64,000 nt of DNA from Nitrospirales bacterium. Its GTDB lineage: Bacteria; Nitrospirota; Nitrospiria; Nitrospirales; UBA8639. The DNA lies in assembly GCA_963692935.1 (NCBI GenBank), contig OY843588.1, positions 1,699,989 through 1,763,988 on the forward strand. The letters are read 5' to 3'. This document shows positions 37,351 through 46,860 of this stretch, piece after piece. Position numbers and translations under genes: made by a program. The number at the start of each line of letters is the position of its first letter. Position 1 is the stretch's first letter. The notes under the pieces were generated by a model, which was not told the origin of the DNA, did no database searches, and worked only from the letters and a program-made list of their open reading frames with translations.

Positions 37351-38106
37351 TTAGCCCTCTCGCCGCATATCTTCGGCCTTATGGCCAAAGGCAGCAGCAC
37401 TCGCAGTCTCCGTTTCACCCAGCGCAATCGCTAACGGATTCGTATGATGTTTTCCATCATGCACTTGAGACTGCAAACCCGTAAACCTGACGTTCTCGCC
37501 ATCGTCCGGCAACTTCATTCCCATTTCCTCACGAACCCGTTTAAAAACCTGCGTGACTTTGCGAATCTTGGCCGCATCAGAATCCCGAACCGTAAACATC
37601 GCATCTTCATGGCCCTGCTCCGCGCAAATGGCCGAAGTCCAGCAATTGGTCCCGGCACGAATCATTTTCAGCGTCAGATTGGCGTAGTGACAATGCACCC
37701 CGATGAAAATACACGCTTCAATCTTGTTACCCCAAATCGTCAGATTGGGATGATTCGGATTGATCACTTCTTCGGGTTCGATTTTCGGATACTTGGGACG
37801 ATAATCCGGCATTGGGATAATGAGAATCTCGGGAATTTGCGCCGCAAGTTCCAGGACAGCCCTGGCTTTTTCAGCCGCATGCTCATTCCAGTGCCATAAC
37901 ACCAGAGGACCGGGAAAGATCGTCGCGTTCTTTCTGGTGAACATGGCCCTGGCCATCTCTTCCATCGCCTTTTCTTCCCGCACTTCATGGCCAAACACCA
38001 GCCCATGCTCTGGCTGGGGGGGAAGAACACCCAATTCCGCCGCGGATGGTGGATGGAATCCCGCAGGGCCAGGTTCGACGATTCTTTCTAAATCTGTTGT
38101 TTCCAC
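37351..38106 (-). CDS. Fifth (epsilon-type) subunit of the 2-oxoacid:ferredoxin oxidoreductase, CdhB-like
   Basis: 251 aa and embedded in the operon. I recall a resemblance to the ACDS epsilon/CdhB fold family used by the Hydrogenobacter-type five-subunit enzymes. The assignment rests on position and memory only. Confidence 0.5.
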   Translation of the reverse strand: METTDLERIVEPGPAGFHPPSAAELGVLPPQPEHGLVFGHEVREEKAMEEMARAMFTRKNATIFPGPLVLWHWNEHAAEKARAVLELAAQIPEILIIPMPDYRPKYPKIEPEEVINPNHPNLTIWGNKIEACIFIGVHCHYANLTLKMIRAGTNCWTSAICAEQGHEDAMFTVRDSDAAKIRKVTQVFKRVREEMGMKLPDDGENVRFTGLQSQVHDGKHHTNPLAIALGETETASAAAFGHKAEDMRREG

Positions 38107-38143
38107 GTGTGCGCTCCGTTGCCTCTAGGTTTCATTTCATGAC

Positions 38144-38473
38144 TCAAAGTTGACCCCGAACAGGATTGGCCAAGATGGCATGGCTCGTTTTCTCACCGTA
38201 GGTGACGTTTTCCGTAAGGGCCGTGTCACCGATCTGATCAATCATTTCCATTTTAATGGCGTTGTGCTTGGCCATGTTGTCACAGACCCAGACACACTGA
38301 GCACATCCCTTGCACCGATCCACGGCAACATAGGCAGCGCCATATTTCAACCCTTTTTCCTTGCCCATTTCATTATCATACAAGATGGTATTGGCCTCAG
38401 GACAGTATTGCGTGCACAACTTGCAACTCGTGGCTGCGCAAATCCCGGTATCGATATTGGCAACTAAATACAT
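38144..38473 (-). CDS. OFOR delta subunit (2x[4Fe-4S] ferredoxin-like)
   Basis: 109 aa, with cysteine motifs CKLCTQYCPE and CKGCAQCVWVC. Confidence 0.85.
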   Translation of the reverse strand: MYLVANIDTGICAATSCKLCTQYCPEANTILYDNEMGKEKGLKYGAAYVAVDRCKGCAQCVWVCDNMAKHNAIKMEMIDQIGDTALTENVTYGEKTSHAILANPVRGQL

Positions 38474-38499
38474 ACAGGCCTCTTTCCTTGGTTACAGCA

Positions 38500-39204
38500 T
38501 TATGCCATTGCGGGTGCGGGTGATTCCTGTTTCTCCTGCACCCAGTTCTGCTCCACAGAATAGCTCCAGGCAGCTTGGACCACTGCCAGATTCTTCTCAA
38601 TCAGATCCTGTTTCTTTTTGAACTTTCGCTCAACTACACTGTCCAATGCCGCCGTGCCGCCAGACACCACAAAGCCCTTGCCCAGAAAGCGATCTTTCAC
38701 GGCTTGAGCCAACGCGTCCATGTTCGCAAGGCCGGTAATAGACCCCATGGCTCCCACCATCGCCATATTCGTGGCCAGGTCAATGCCTGCCACATCCAGC
38801 GACAGCTTGGTCGCGGGCAAGTAGAACAACCTGGCATTCAGGTCGGCAAGTTCACGCTCCTGATCGGGCTCAAGTCTCATCGGGCCATCATGGTTGATTA
38901 ACGCCACTCCGTCTTTTTTCAATCCAAAATAAAACGGATTGGTATAGCTTTTCCCGTGCGTAATCACCTGCGGATGGAAGATCATGATGATATGCGGGAA
39001 CGTGATTTCACCGATCTCATAGATTGGCTCGTCAGAAACCCTGACATAGCTCTCTACTGGCGCCATTCGCTTTTCAGAACCATAGAAAGGCACGATGGTG
39101 CTTTCCCCACCGGCATTAATCACACCGGTGCTGAAGATGTGTGAAGCCGTGACGACACCCTGTCCTCCCACTCCTGCCATACGAATGTTATAACGAATCG
39201 CCAT
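38500..39204 (-). CDS. OFOR gamma subunit
   Basis: 234 aa, starting MAIRYNIRMAGVGGQGVVTASHIF. Confidence 0.85.
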   Translation of the reverse strand: MAIRYNIRMAGVGGQGVVTASHIFSTGVINAGGESTIVPFYGSEKRMAPVESYVRVSDEPIYEIGEITFPHIIMIFHPQVITHGKSYTNPFYFGLKKDGVALINHDGPMRLEPDQERELADLNARLFYLPATKLSLDVAGIDLATNMAMVGAMGSITGLANMDALAQAVKDRFLGKGFVVSGGTAALDSVVERKFKKKQDLIEKNLAVVQAAWSYSVEQNWVQEKQESPAPAMA

Positions 39205-39268
39205 GGTCTGAACCCTCCTCCCGCTTCACGAACCTGAATCCTTGTTCACCAGAATCGCCCAACAACCC

Positions 39269-40159
39269 CTACTTACTTTCCACCTTCGCCGCTGGTTTTG
39301 GGAGATATTCTTTGTAACCGTACAACTGTGCCAAATATTCCTTGGCTTCATCCGTGATATATTCCGAAAACTTGTAGCGATCGTCTTCAACGGTTTTGGC
39401 ATCTTCCATCACCTTGTCCGTTGGAATCGCGTACTCAATATTGCAGGACGTGTAAGCCTGGATGTAGGTAGGGCCAATTTCTCTTGCCACCAGCACGGCT
39501 TTTTTGATCACACTTTCGACGCGGCGTGGGTTATTGGGAACCACCGTCGCCACATAAGCGCACCCGGCAACCTTGGCCATGCCCAACATGTCCATTTTTT
39601 CGAATTTCTTCCCGAGCGGTGCCATTTTCAAGACTTGACTCTTGTTCGTCATGCCACTTTCCTGGCCACCGGTATTTCCGTAGACCTCGTTGTCCAACAT
39701 GATGGTCGTGAATTTTTCTTTTCTGAACCACGAGTGCAACGTTTGCGCAAAGCCAATATCCGCCATCCCGCCATCTCCGGCCATCACGACAACGTCCTTG
39801 GGCTGGTCGCCAAAGCGTAGACGAAGGCCACGGGACAAGCCACTCGCCACACCATTCTGATCCCCGTAATTGCCGTACACGAACGGAATCGCCGCTTGCG
39901 AAATCGCGAGCCGTCCACAGCCTGCCGTCCCCACCGTGATGGTATCTTCCGGATTGGGAAACGCAATCACGGCCAGACGGATAAACAAGGTCATGGCGCA
40001 TCCCGCGCACATCGGGTGTTCCTCCAGAATCTCCTTGAACGTTCCCACCTGGGACACGGATATTTTTTTTCCGAATGGCCCATGTTCCACCATATCGCGA
40101 TATTCTTTGGGCATGAACTTCTCAAAACCCGGCGCAAACTTGACATAATCGAGGCTCAT
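39269..40159 (-). CDS. OFOR beta subunit (TPP-binding)
   Basis: The sequence starts MSLDYVKF at the ATG at 40159, preceded by AAGGAGG. The TPP motif reads MAGDGGMADIGF...LDNEVYGNTGGQ. Confidence 0.88.
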   Translation of the reverse strand: MSLDYVKFAPGFEKFMPKEYRDMVEHGPFGKKISVSQVGTFKEILEEHPMCAGCAMTLFIRLAVIAFPNPEDTITVGTAGCGRLAISQAAIPFVYGNYGDQNGVASGLSRGLRLRFGDQPKDVVVMAGDGGMADIGFAQTLHSWFRKEKFTTIMLDNEVYGNTGGQESGMTNKSQVLKMAPLGKKFEKMDMLGMAKVAGCAYVATVVPNNPRRVESVIKKAVLVAREIGPTYIQAYTSCNIEYAIPTDKVMEDAKTVEDDRYKFSEYITDEAKEYLAQLYGYKEYLPKPAAKVESK

Positions 40160-40313
40160 CGCAGATCCTCCTTTGTTTTGTATAATACCCCGAAACTGCT
40201 CACCAACGTGAGCACCGTGTAGCACAAAACATTGTTTCCTGATGCAAGGCTTACGCTATTCATGACATCATGGACAGCTCGTGCATCCTAAAATGAAACT
40301 TGGAAGAAGGCAA

Positions 40314-40354
40314 CAAAAAAGAAGGCCTACTCCATGGTTATCAAGCTAGGCCTT
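40314..40354 (-). terminator. Candidate rho-independent terminator after the M23 peptidase gene
   Basis: The minus strand has aaggcct, a 19-nt loop, then aggcctt, followed by CTTTTTTGTTG. The long loop lowers confidence. Confidence 0.4.
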
Positions 40355-40453
40355 TGGCCCCACTTCACAATACGGCGAACGCGCAAATACCCCACATGCA
40401 TCTCCATTACGCACAATGTTGTGACAGACAAGAAAGATATGATGGGAAGGACG

Positions 40454-41422
40454 CTAGTCCAGAATATACTGGAGAGGATCCACGATTTTATCGTTCACGG
40501 CAACCTGGTAATGGAGATGAGGCCCGGTGGAAAACTTCCCCGTATTGCCCACCAAGCCAATCACATCACCTCTTTTCACCTTCTGACCGCGTTGAACCAG
40601 CTTCTCGTCAAGGTGTCCATAGGTCGTCTCAATTCCATGTCCATGACCAAGCCGAATAAAATTTCCCATCCTCACATCGTAAGCGGCTACTACGACGTTC
40701 CCTTTGGCAGGAGCCAGGACTTTTGCCCTCGTCCTGGCACCAATGTCCACACCAAAATGGAATGTCTTTTTCCCGGTGAACGGTGAAATACGCGGCCCGA
40801 ACTTTGAGGTAACAGATCCTTTAACAGGCCAAATGGAAGGCGTCGCGTCCCAGCGGTCAAAACGTTGTCCGGCAACCTCTTCCAACCGATCAAAAATGCG
40901 TTGCTGTCTCAACGTTTGCAGATCAAGCCATGCCACGTCTTTCCGGATTGCCGCCGCCTGTGAAGGCTGCATGTGGGGGGGCATCACACCGGATCCTGCC
41001 GCAGTGCCCGATACCATCTCTCCCATCCCCTGTTCCGGTTCACCATCCAGTGCCTCTTCGTGCGGTACCTCGTCGCCACCCTGTCCATTGCTTCCCATAC
41101 TCTGTGTCGGCTCAAATTCAAGCCCAAACATCGCCTGCAATTTCTGACTTAACTCCTGCGTGGCCAGCATACGCTGCTTCATATCGGCAATGGTGTCGGA
41201 GACCCCTTTCGACCGGCTCATTTCCTGCCTCAACGCCGCGAGTTCATCGCCTTGTTCCATCTGCGCCACATAGTGGGCCACACCCCATACCTGGACAACG
41301 ATCAAGACCGCGATGGCGACTATGCCTCCTTTGACAACCCGCCTGGGCACACTAATTCTCAGGGGATTCGCCGCCACTCCACGAAAAATCATGATGGTAT
41401 AGGCATCATCCGCAAGCCTCAT
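40454..41422 (-). CDS. M23/LytM-family metallopeptidase with an N-terminal membrane anchor and coiled coil
   Basis: The catalytic region reads HFGVDIGA...GNFIRLGHGHGIETTYGHL...GNTGKFSTGPHLHYQV. Confidence 0.88.
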   Translation of the reverse strand: MRLADDAYTIMIFRGVAANPLRISVPRRVVKGGIVAIAVLIVVQVWGVAHYVAQMEQGDELAALRQEMSRSKGVSDTIADMKQRMLATQELSQKLQAMFGLEFEPTQSMGSNGQGGDEVPHEEALDGEPEQGMGEMVSGTAAGSGVMPPHMQPSQAAAIRKDVAWLDLQTLRQQRIFDRLEEVAGQRFDRWDATPSIWPVKGSVTSKFGPRISPFTGKKTFHFGVDIGARTRAKVLAPAKGNVVVAAYDVRMGNFIRLGHGHGIETTYGHLDEKLVQRGQKVKRGDVIGLVGNTGKFSTGPHLHYQVAVNDKIVDPLQYILD

Positions 41423-41624
41423 AGCGCCTCTCCTTCCTTGATCCCAAGGACCGGCCAGCCTTCGTGGGACAACTGGTGCATGATGCTACTGAAAAATGCC
41501 TTCCAAATCAACGCCTCCCCCCGTCGCTCACTGGCCTTCACGCATGACGCCAACCGCGACACCTTCTGCTACACGCGATCCCGGCCCTCCGCCTTCTGCC
41601 ATGGGCAACGGAGGAACAGGCACA

Positions 41625-41996
41625 TTAATCGGGCACCGAAGTCATGGCACGTACCCAAGCCAGATAATCGCTGGAGCCTCGCTCCACCGATAACGCGAGA
41701 ATTTCCGGGACGTCATAACTGTGATGGGATTTGACCTCGGCTTCCAGAGCACTGTAGGCGTCATCATGCGATTTCAGAACCATGAGACATTCGGACGCCT
41801 CGGAGATGTTGCCTTCCCATTCAAAAATGGAAATGACATCAGGCACCACAGTCGCACACGCCACCAGCTTTTTCTCGACCAGTCGACGTCCAATCAGCAG
41901 AGCTTCCTCCCGGGTGGAAGCTGTAACCAGGACAACCAGTTCTCCCACGATCAACGACACCCTGGCCGGCACGGTCTCATCACATGGCATGCGCAC
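41625..41996 (-). CDS. cutA: CutA1 divalent-cation tolerance protein
   Basis: Diagnostic blocks are LVACATVVPDVISIFEWEG, LMVLKS and SHHSYDVPEILAL. Confidence 0.85.
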   Translation of the reverse strand: MRMPCDETVPARVSLIVGELVVLVTASTREEALLIGRRLVEKKLVACATVVPDVISIFEWEGNISEASECLMVLKSHDDAYSALEAEVKSHHSYDVPEILALSVERGSSDYLAWVRAMTSVPD

Positions 41997-42140
41997 GCTG
42001 ACAAGACACCCACCAACCGAGACATGGCAGGCTGCAACATTTTCCGAATGGATTGCGGGTCATACATCACGAACGCTCCCCCGCACATCACAGGCTCCAT
42101 CCCACACTCGCACGGTCCATAACGGCCTGACAGGCTGACA

Positions 42141-42761
42141 TCAGTCACGCAGATTGCCGGCCAACGCAAGCTGTTCCATAAGCTCTGGATAGGATCGTGT
42201 AACGGGAAACTGCGGATATTTGGAACAAATCGCATCTGGAGGACAGAAGAAAAACCCGGCATCGGCCTCTTGCAACATGGACAGATCGTTGTGGGAATCA
42301 CCCGCGGCGAGCACACGAAAATTCAGACGTTTGACCGCCGCCACGGCGTGACGCTTCTGGTCATTCTGCCGAAGCGTGTAGCTCCGTATATGGCCCGCAT
42401 CGTCAATGTCCAGCGTGTGACAAAAGATGGTGGGATAGTGCAGTTGTTTCATGAGAGGACCGACCAACTCATAATAGGTATCCGACAGAATAATGACCTG
42501 GCAACGCTCCCGTATCCAGGCCAGGAAATCCACAGCGCCATCCAAGGGTTTCATTGTCGCGACAACGGCCCGGATGTCTGCAATCCTGATCTTCTGTTTG
42601 GACAGAATATCAAGACGAAGCCGCATTAATTCGTCATAGTCAGGAATATCACGAGTCGTCACACGCAAGGCATCAATCCCCGTTTTCGCGGCCAACCCAG
42701 TCCAGATTTCCGGAGTCAACACACCTTCCATGTCCAAACAGACCAAGACAGGAGATTGCAT
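42141..42761 (-). CDS. thrH: Phosphoserine phosphatase/homoserine phosphotransferase ThrH (HAD family)
   Basis: The match to the ThrH pattern runs the full length: CLDMEGVLTPEIW...TTRDIPDYDELM...VIILSDTYYE...AAGDSHNDLSML. Confidence 0.85.
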   Translation of the reverse strand: MQSPVLVCLDMEGVLTPEIWTGLAAKTGIDALRVTTRDIPDYDELMRLRLDILSKQKIRIADIRAVVATMKPLDGAVDFLAWIRERCQVIILSDTYYELVGPLMKQLHYPTIFCHTLDIDDAGHIRSYTLRQNDQKRHAVAAVKRLNFRVLAAGDSHNDLSMLQEADAGFFFCPPDAICSKYPQFPVTRSYPELMEQLALAGNLRD

Positions 42762-43172
42762 AAGATCCTCAACTCAACACGTGACGGCGATGCCAGTGAC
42801 AAGACGACACAAAATAATCCGCGCATTGTATAAAAAACAGGGTGGAAGCACAAACCGAAATCTCAGACCACCACCGTGTTGATACTCGGAGCCGGCCTCT
42901 GGCTTGAACAGGAATTGTTTTAAAAAATGAGACAGTGGGCCGGAGATTCCGGGCCGAGCCAGAGACGGTCTCTGGATTCCTGCTTCTCGCGGGAATGCCA
43001 CGTTCAATCCCGGCACACAGCACGGAAGGGCTCTTCAGGATTGAATGACGCCGACTTCCACAAGCAGGCCATTCCACGTTCAGAGCATGAACCCGTCAAG
43101 ATCATGCACACAGAGAAGAACTTGCCTATGTCCGTGAGAACGTGGCATGCGTGCCCAACTGGCTCCCTGCAA

Positions 43173-44177
43173 TTACCAGAAAGCAAGGATCAAGCCAAAT
43201 GCAAGATAACACAGGCCATTGACAATCATGTGATAAGGCCTCAATGCCTGCGAACGCAGACACAGCTTGAGATAGCCCGCGGCAAAGATCGTCAACCCCA
43301 TTCCACACAGCACTTCCTGGCGCGGCACCCAGGGTGTCAACAGCACCCCGAGAGCCGGCAACAGACTCCCCTGAAACACCAGCGCCCCCGTGATATTGCC
43401 AAACGCCAGGGTGTCTCGCCCTCGCCGCACCCAAATAATGCTGTTCACTTTTTCCGGCAATTCGGTGGCCACCGGCACAATCAACAACGACAACGCCAGG
43501 GTGGAAACGCCGAGCCAGGTCGCGAAATGTTCCACGCCATAGACAAATCCCCTGGCCCCTCCCACAATCAACACAAAGCCCACGGCCAGTTGCAAAAGGA
43601 TCGTGGCCAGAGTTTCCGGGAGCCTTACCCAGTTGAGAAACAGAGGATGATCCGCCACCGTACCATGGCCCTGGTTCACCAGTTCCCGCGACGCGTGAAT
43701 CGTCATCAGCAAATACACGAGATAAATCAGAACCAAGGCCAGCGCCAGCGACACCCGCACCAGCCGCCATTCCGGCGGCACAAACACCGCCAGGATCGCC
43801 AGCGTCCAGGCAAAGAGAAACCAGTTCAGGTCACGATTCACGCCGGTCGGCTCGGGTTGCAAGACCTGACGCCAACCACGACGATGGGCCGCAAACATGC
43901 CCATCAAAAACAGAGTCACCGTCGACAGCATGAGCGGAGCACCGACAATGGCCCCCACGCCAACCTCATGCCGGGTCGACATATCCCCGGTCGCCGCCAG
44001 CACAGCCACCACCGGGACCATCGTCTCGGGCAATGCCGTACCCACAGCCGCAAATACAGACCCTGTCACGCCCTCGGAAATGCGTAACCGTTCCCCAAGA
44101 TGCTCCAGCGCATTGGTGAACGCCTCCGCGCCAATGACGATGGCACATAATGCACCGAGCAACACCCACATTTCCAT
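43173..44177 (-). CDS. Na+/Ca2+ exchanger (CaCA) family membrane protein
   Basis: 334 aa. Two alpha-repeat-like blocks are GVTGSVFAAVGTALPETMV and FGNITGALVFQ. Confidence 0.8.
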   Translation of the reverse strand: MEMWVLLGALCAIVIGAEAFTNALEHLGERLRISEGVTGSVFAAVGTALPETMVPVVAVLAATGDMSTRHEVGVGAIVGAPLMLSTVTLFLMGMFAAHRRGWRQVLQPEPTGVNRDLNWFLFAWTLAILAVFVPPEWRLVRVSLALALVLIYLVYLLMTIHASRELVNQGHGTVADHPLFLNWVRLPETLATILLQLAVGFVLIVGGARGFVYGVEHFATWLGVSTLALSLLIVPVATELPEKVNSIIWVRRGRDTLAFGNITGALVFQGSLLPALGVLLTPWVPRQEVLCGMGLTIFAAGYLKLCLRSQALRPYHMIVNGLCYLAFGLILAFW

Positions 44178-44306
44178 AGCCTGAACCTTCCTGTTACACC
44201 CCGTGATTGCTTACAGCACAGGGCTTGACGCCGGGGCATGAACACGGCCCGGATCGCCGTGTCGTCATCTTGCCCCGGTCACGACATTGCACTACACTGC
44301 CCATCC

Positions 44307-44462
44307 ATGAGCATCGCACTGGCCATCAGTGTCGTGTGCGTGATCGGGCTTCTTGTCTGTTACGTGGGTAGCCTGTGGTGGCGCAAACGACGAACCGCCA
44401 GACAGGCCGATGAGCTTCTCGCCAAAGTGGTCAAAGCGAAAGACGCCTTTCGGCGTCACTGA
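44307..44462 (+). CDS. Small single-pass membrane protein (51 aa), hypothetical
   Basis: MSIALAISVVCVIGLLVCYVGSLWW is followed by the basic amphipathic tail RKRRTARQADELLAKVVKAKDAF. The protein-like layout is the only support. Confidence 0.3.
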   Translation: MSIALAISVVCVIGLLVCYVGSLWWRKRRTARQADELLAKVVKAKDAFRRH

Positions 44463-45180
44463 ACGCCGGGCAAGCGCGTAGGTATCAAACCCGGGCCTGT
44501 TCTGGCAACACGCAGACCAGGATGCAGACGATCGAAAAGATCTTGGTGTACGACAACCAGGACCCCACGCGCCCCCGGACACAGTCTCCTTTATCTCGCA
44601 AACCAGCATCGGTTGCAGAGGGTAAATCGTACTCGTGGCTTCACACGCGGATTGGCTTCCCGCTGGCACGGTGCGGATTTGCTGACGGGAAACAGGCAGG
44701 ACAATTTCACGAAGAGGCCCCAAACGTTCTCCGCTGTCATGCCGTTTCCACGACAGATTTTTTCGTTGAACGCTGACTGGCATGACCACACCGCCACGCA
44801 ATTCTCGCGAAGGCTTCGGCGTCCCAAGTCGGCACATGATATATTGCAAGGTTCAACTCATCGACATTCATGGCCGGGATTCGTCGAACGTTCGCCCATG
44901 CGACGGCCGGCATGACTTCCCATCAAACCGCTATTGATGAATCAGCCCACAGGCCAGGGTGCGTCGTATGCACTGGGTCCAACAGGTGGCGGGTCATTCC
45001 GGCAACAGGATACGTTGCACATGGCCGGATTGACCGGAGCACGTCGGCGGACAGAGCAACGGCGATGGGAGGACATCCCGCCATTGACCACACAGATACT
45101 CATGGAGTACGTGGTCGCACCTGTGGTAGCATATTCTCCGTTGAAGCCAAAGGGCCTCGCCGCGAAGCAAACCCACCATC

Positions 45181-45678
45181 ATGACCAGGGAACCGGTATC
45201 GCAACAGCAGGTCGACAACGCATTCATGCAGGACGCGCTTATGGACGCCGCCCGGGCCGCGTCGCGTGGCGATGTGCCCGTGGGAGCGGTGCTCGTGCAC
45301 GACCACTCCATCATCGCCCGTGGGGGAAACGCCAGGGAACGCGAACAGGACCCAACAGCCCATGCGGAACTCATGGTGATTCAGGACGCCGCGCGCACGT
45401 TGCAATCATGGCGACTCACCGACACCACACTGTACGTCACATTGGAACCCTGTCTCATGTGTGCCGGCGCCATGCTCCTCGCGCGGATTCCCCGGTTGGT
45501 CTTTGGCGCCTGGGACCCGAAAGCAGGGGCATGCGGCTCATGTTTTTCGGTCCACGAGGATGCGCGATTGAACCACCACATCGCCGTCACCCAAGGCGTT
45601 CGGGAACACGAGTGTCGTGACATGCTTCAGCAATTCTTTCAGCAGGTGAGACACAACCGGCTTGTCGCCATGCCCTGA
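45181..45678 (+). CDS. tadA: tRNA adenosine(34) deaminase
   Basis: The CDA zinc motifs are HAELMVI and TLEPCLMCAGAM. Confidence 0.92.
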   Translation: MTREPVSQQQVDNAFMQDALMDAARAASRGDVPVGAVLVHDHSIIARGGNAREREQDPTAHAELMVIQDAARTLQSWRLTDTTLYVTLEPCLMCAGAMLLARIPRLVFGAWDPKAGACGSCFSVHEDARLNHHIAVTQGVREHECRDMLQQFFQQVRHNRLVAMP

Positions 45679-45703
45679 CAAATCCAACTGACAGCAGCTA
45701 TGC

Positions 45704-45791
45704 GGAGAGGTGCGAGAGTGGCCGAATCGGGCGGTCTCGAAAACCGTTGACTAGAAATGGTCCGTGGGTTCGAATCCCACCCTCTCCGCCA
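45704..45791 (+). tRNA. tRNA-Ser (anticodon CGA) with a long variable arm and encoded CCA
   Basis: The acceptor stem GGAGAGG pairs with CCTCTCC. The anticodon stem-loop is cggt-CTCGAAA-accg. The variable arm is ttgactagaaatggtc, the T-arm is cgtggGTTCGAATcccac, and the 3' end is G-CCA. Confidence 0.9.
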
Positions 45792-45849
45792 ATGTACTCG
45801 AAAAAAATGGAAGAATGACATCGCGGCAGGCAATGGCCAACAAACAGCT

Positions 45850-46860
45850 ATGGCGAATAGAAGCGGGGCAAAATTCACTTTCATAGATTTATTCGCCGGC
45901 ATTGGCGGGATACGAATCGCTTTTGAGCGGGCGGGCGGGAAATGCGTTTTCACTTCTGAATGGGACAAGGCGTGCCAACTGATGTACGTAGCAAATTTTG
46001 GAGAAAAGCCGTTTGGCGACATAACGAAACTAAATGCGGCAGAAATCCCCGACCATGATATTTTGACGGGGGGTTTTCCCTGTCAAGCGTTTAGCATAAT
46101 CGGTAACAAGTTGGGCTTTGCCGATACGAGAGGAACCTTGTTTTTCGAGATTGAGCGAATCTTAAAAGCAAAGCAGCCGAAAGTGTTTTTGCTGGAAAAT
46201 GTCAAGCAACTCACGACGCACGACAAAGGCAGAACTTTCCAAGTGATTCTGGAACGCTTGGAAAATTTGAGCTATTTTGTCCACCACAAAGTACTCAATG
46301 GACTTGATTTCGGTGTTCCTCAAAAGAGAGAGAGAATTATTTTAGTTGGTTTCAAAAAAAATCACCCTTTTGAATTCCCTAAAAATGGCATGGAAGTAAA
46401 AATGCTCTCCGACATTCTGGAGCCGGAAGATCGGATAAATAAAAGGCATTTCCTGAGTGATTATTTCCGAAAAAAACTTGAGCGAAAATTAAGAGAACAA
46501 AACAAAAAAATTACATCTCTCCCCGTGGTGTTACATGAAAATAAAGCAGGCAACATCGGAATCCATCCGTTTTCCTGCGCTTTGCGAACCAACGGCTCAT
46601 ACAACTATGTCACCGTCAATGGCAAACGACGACTTACTCCGCGCGAAATGTTGCGACTGCAAGGCTTCCCCGACACATTTGAAATCGTTGTGCCGGATAC
46701 GCAGGTTAGAAGGCAGGCAGGCAACAGCGTGGTCATCCCAAAGATTGAAACAGTTGCACACGCAATCATTAAAGCGATGAACGCAGAGCCGAGAAATAAG
46801 CCCATGCAAATTGATTTGTTTGACACGAATCAAAAAACACACAAAATATATGCACACTGA
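45850..46860 (+). CDS. dcm: DNA cytosine-5 methyltransferase (first of two)
   Basis: Motif I is FIDLFAGIGG, motif IV is GGFPCQAFS, motif VI is LLENV, motif VIII is QKRERI and motif X is GNSVVIP. The ATG at 45850 lies 59 nt after the tRNA. Confidence 0.92.
   Translation: MANRSGAKFTFIDLFAGIGGIRIAFERAGGKCVFTSEWDKACQLMYVANFGEKPFGDITKLNAAEIPDHDILTGGFPCQAFSIIGNKLGFADTRGTLFFEIERILKAKQPKVFLLENVKQLTTHDKGRTFQVILERLENLSYFVHHKVLNGLDFGVPQKRERIILVGFKKNHPFEFPKNGMEVKMLSDILEPEDRINKRHFLSDYFRKKLERKLREQNKKITSLPVVLHENKAGNIGIHPFSCALRTNGSYNYVTVNGKRRLTPREMLRLQGFPDTFEIVVPDTQVRRQAGNSVVIPKIETVAHAIIKAMNAEPRNKPMQIDLFDTNQKTHKIYAH

Noticed and set aside
42927-44087. 386-aa plus-strand ORF
   Set aside because: It is antisense to the CaCA transporter gene. 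It is extremely rich in R, H, Q and P and has no hydrophobic core pattern.
44831-44848. Sigma54-like GGCAC...TTGCA element
   Set aside because: The GG-to-GC spacing is 15 nt instead of the required 12, so it does not fit the -24/-12 geometry.
44292-44849. 185-aa minus-strand ORF in the CaCA-tadA spacer
   Set aside because: It is rich in C, R, S and P and has no motifs. Its 3' part is antisense to a more protein-like small membrane ORF.
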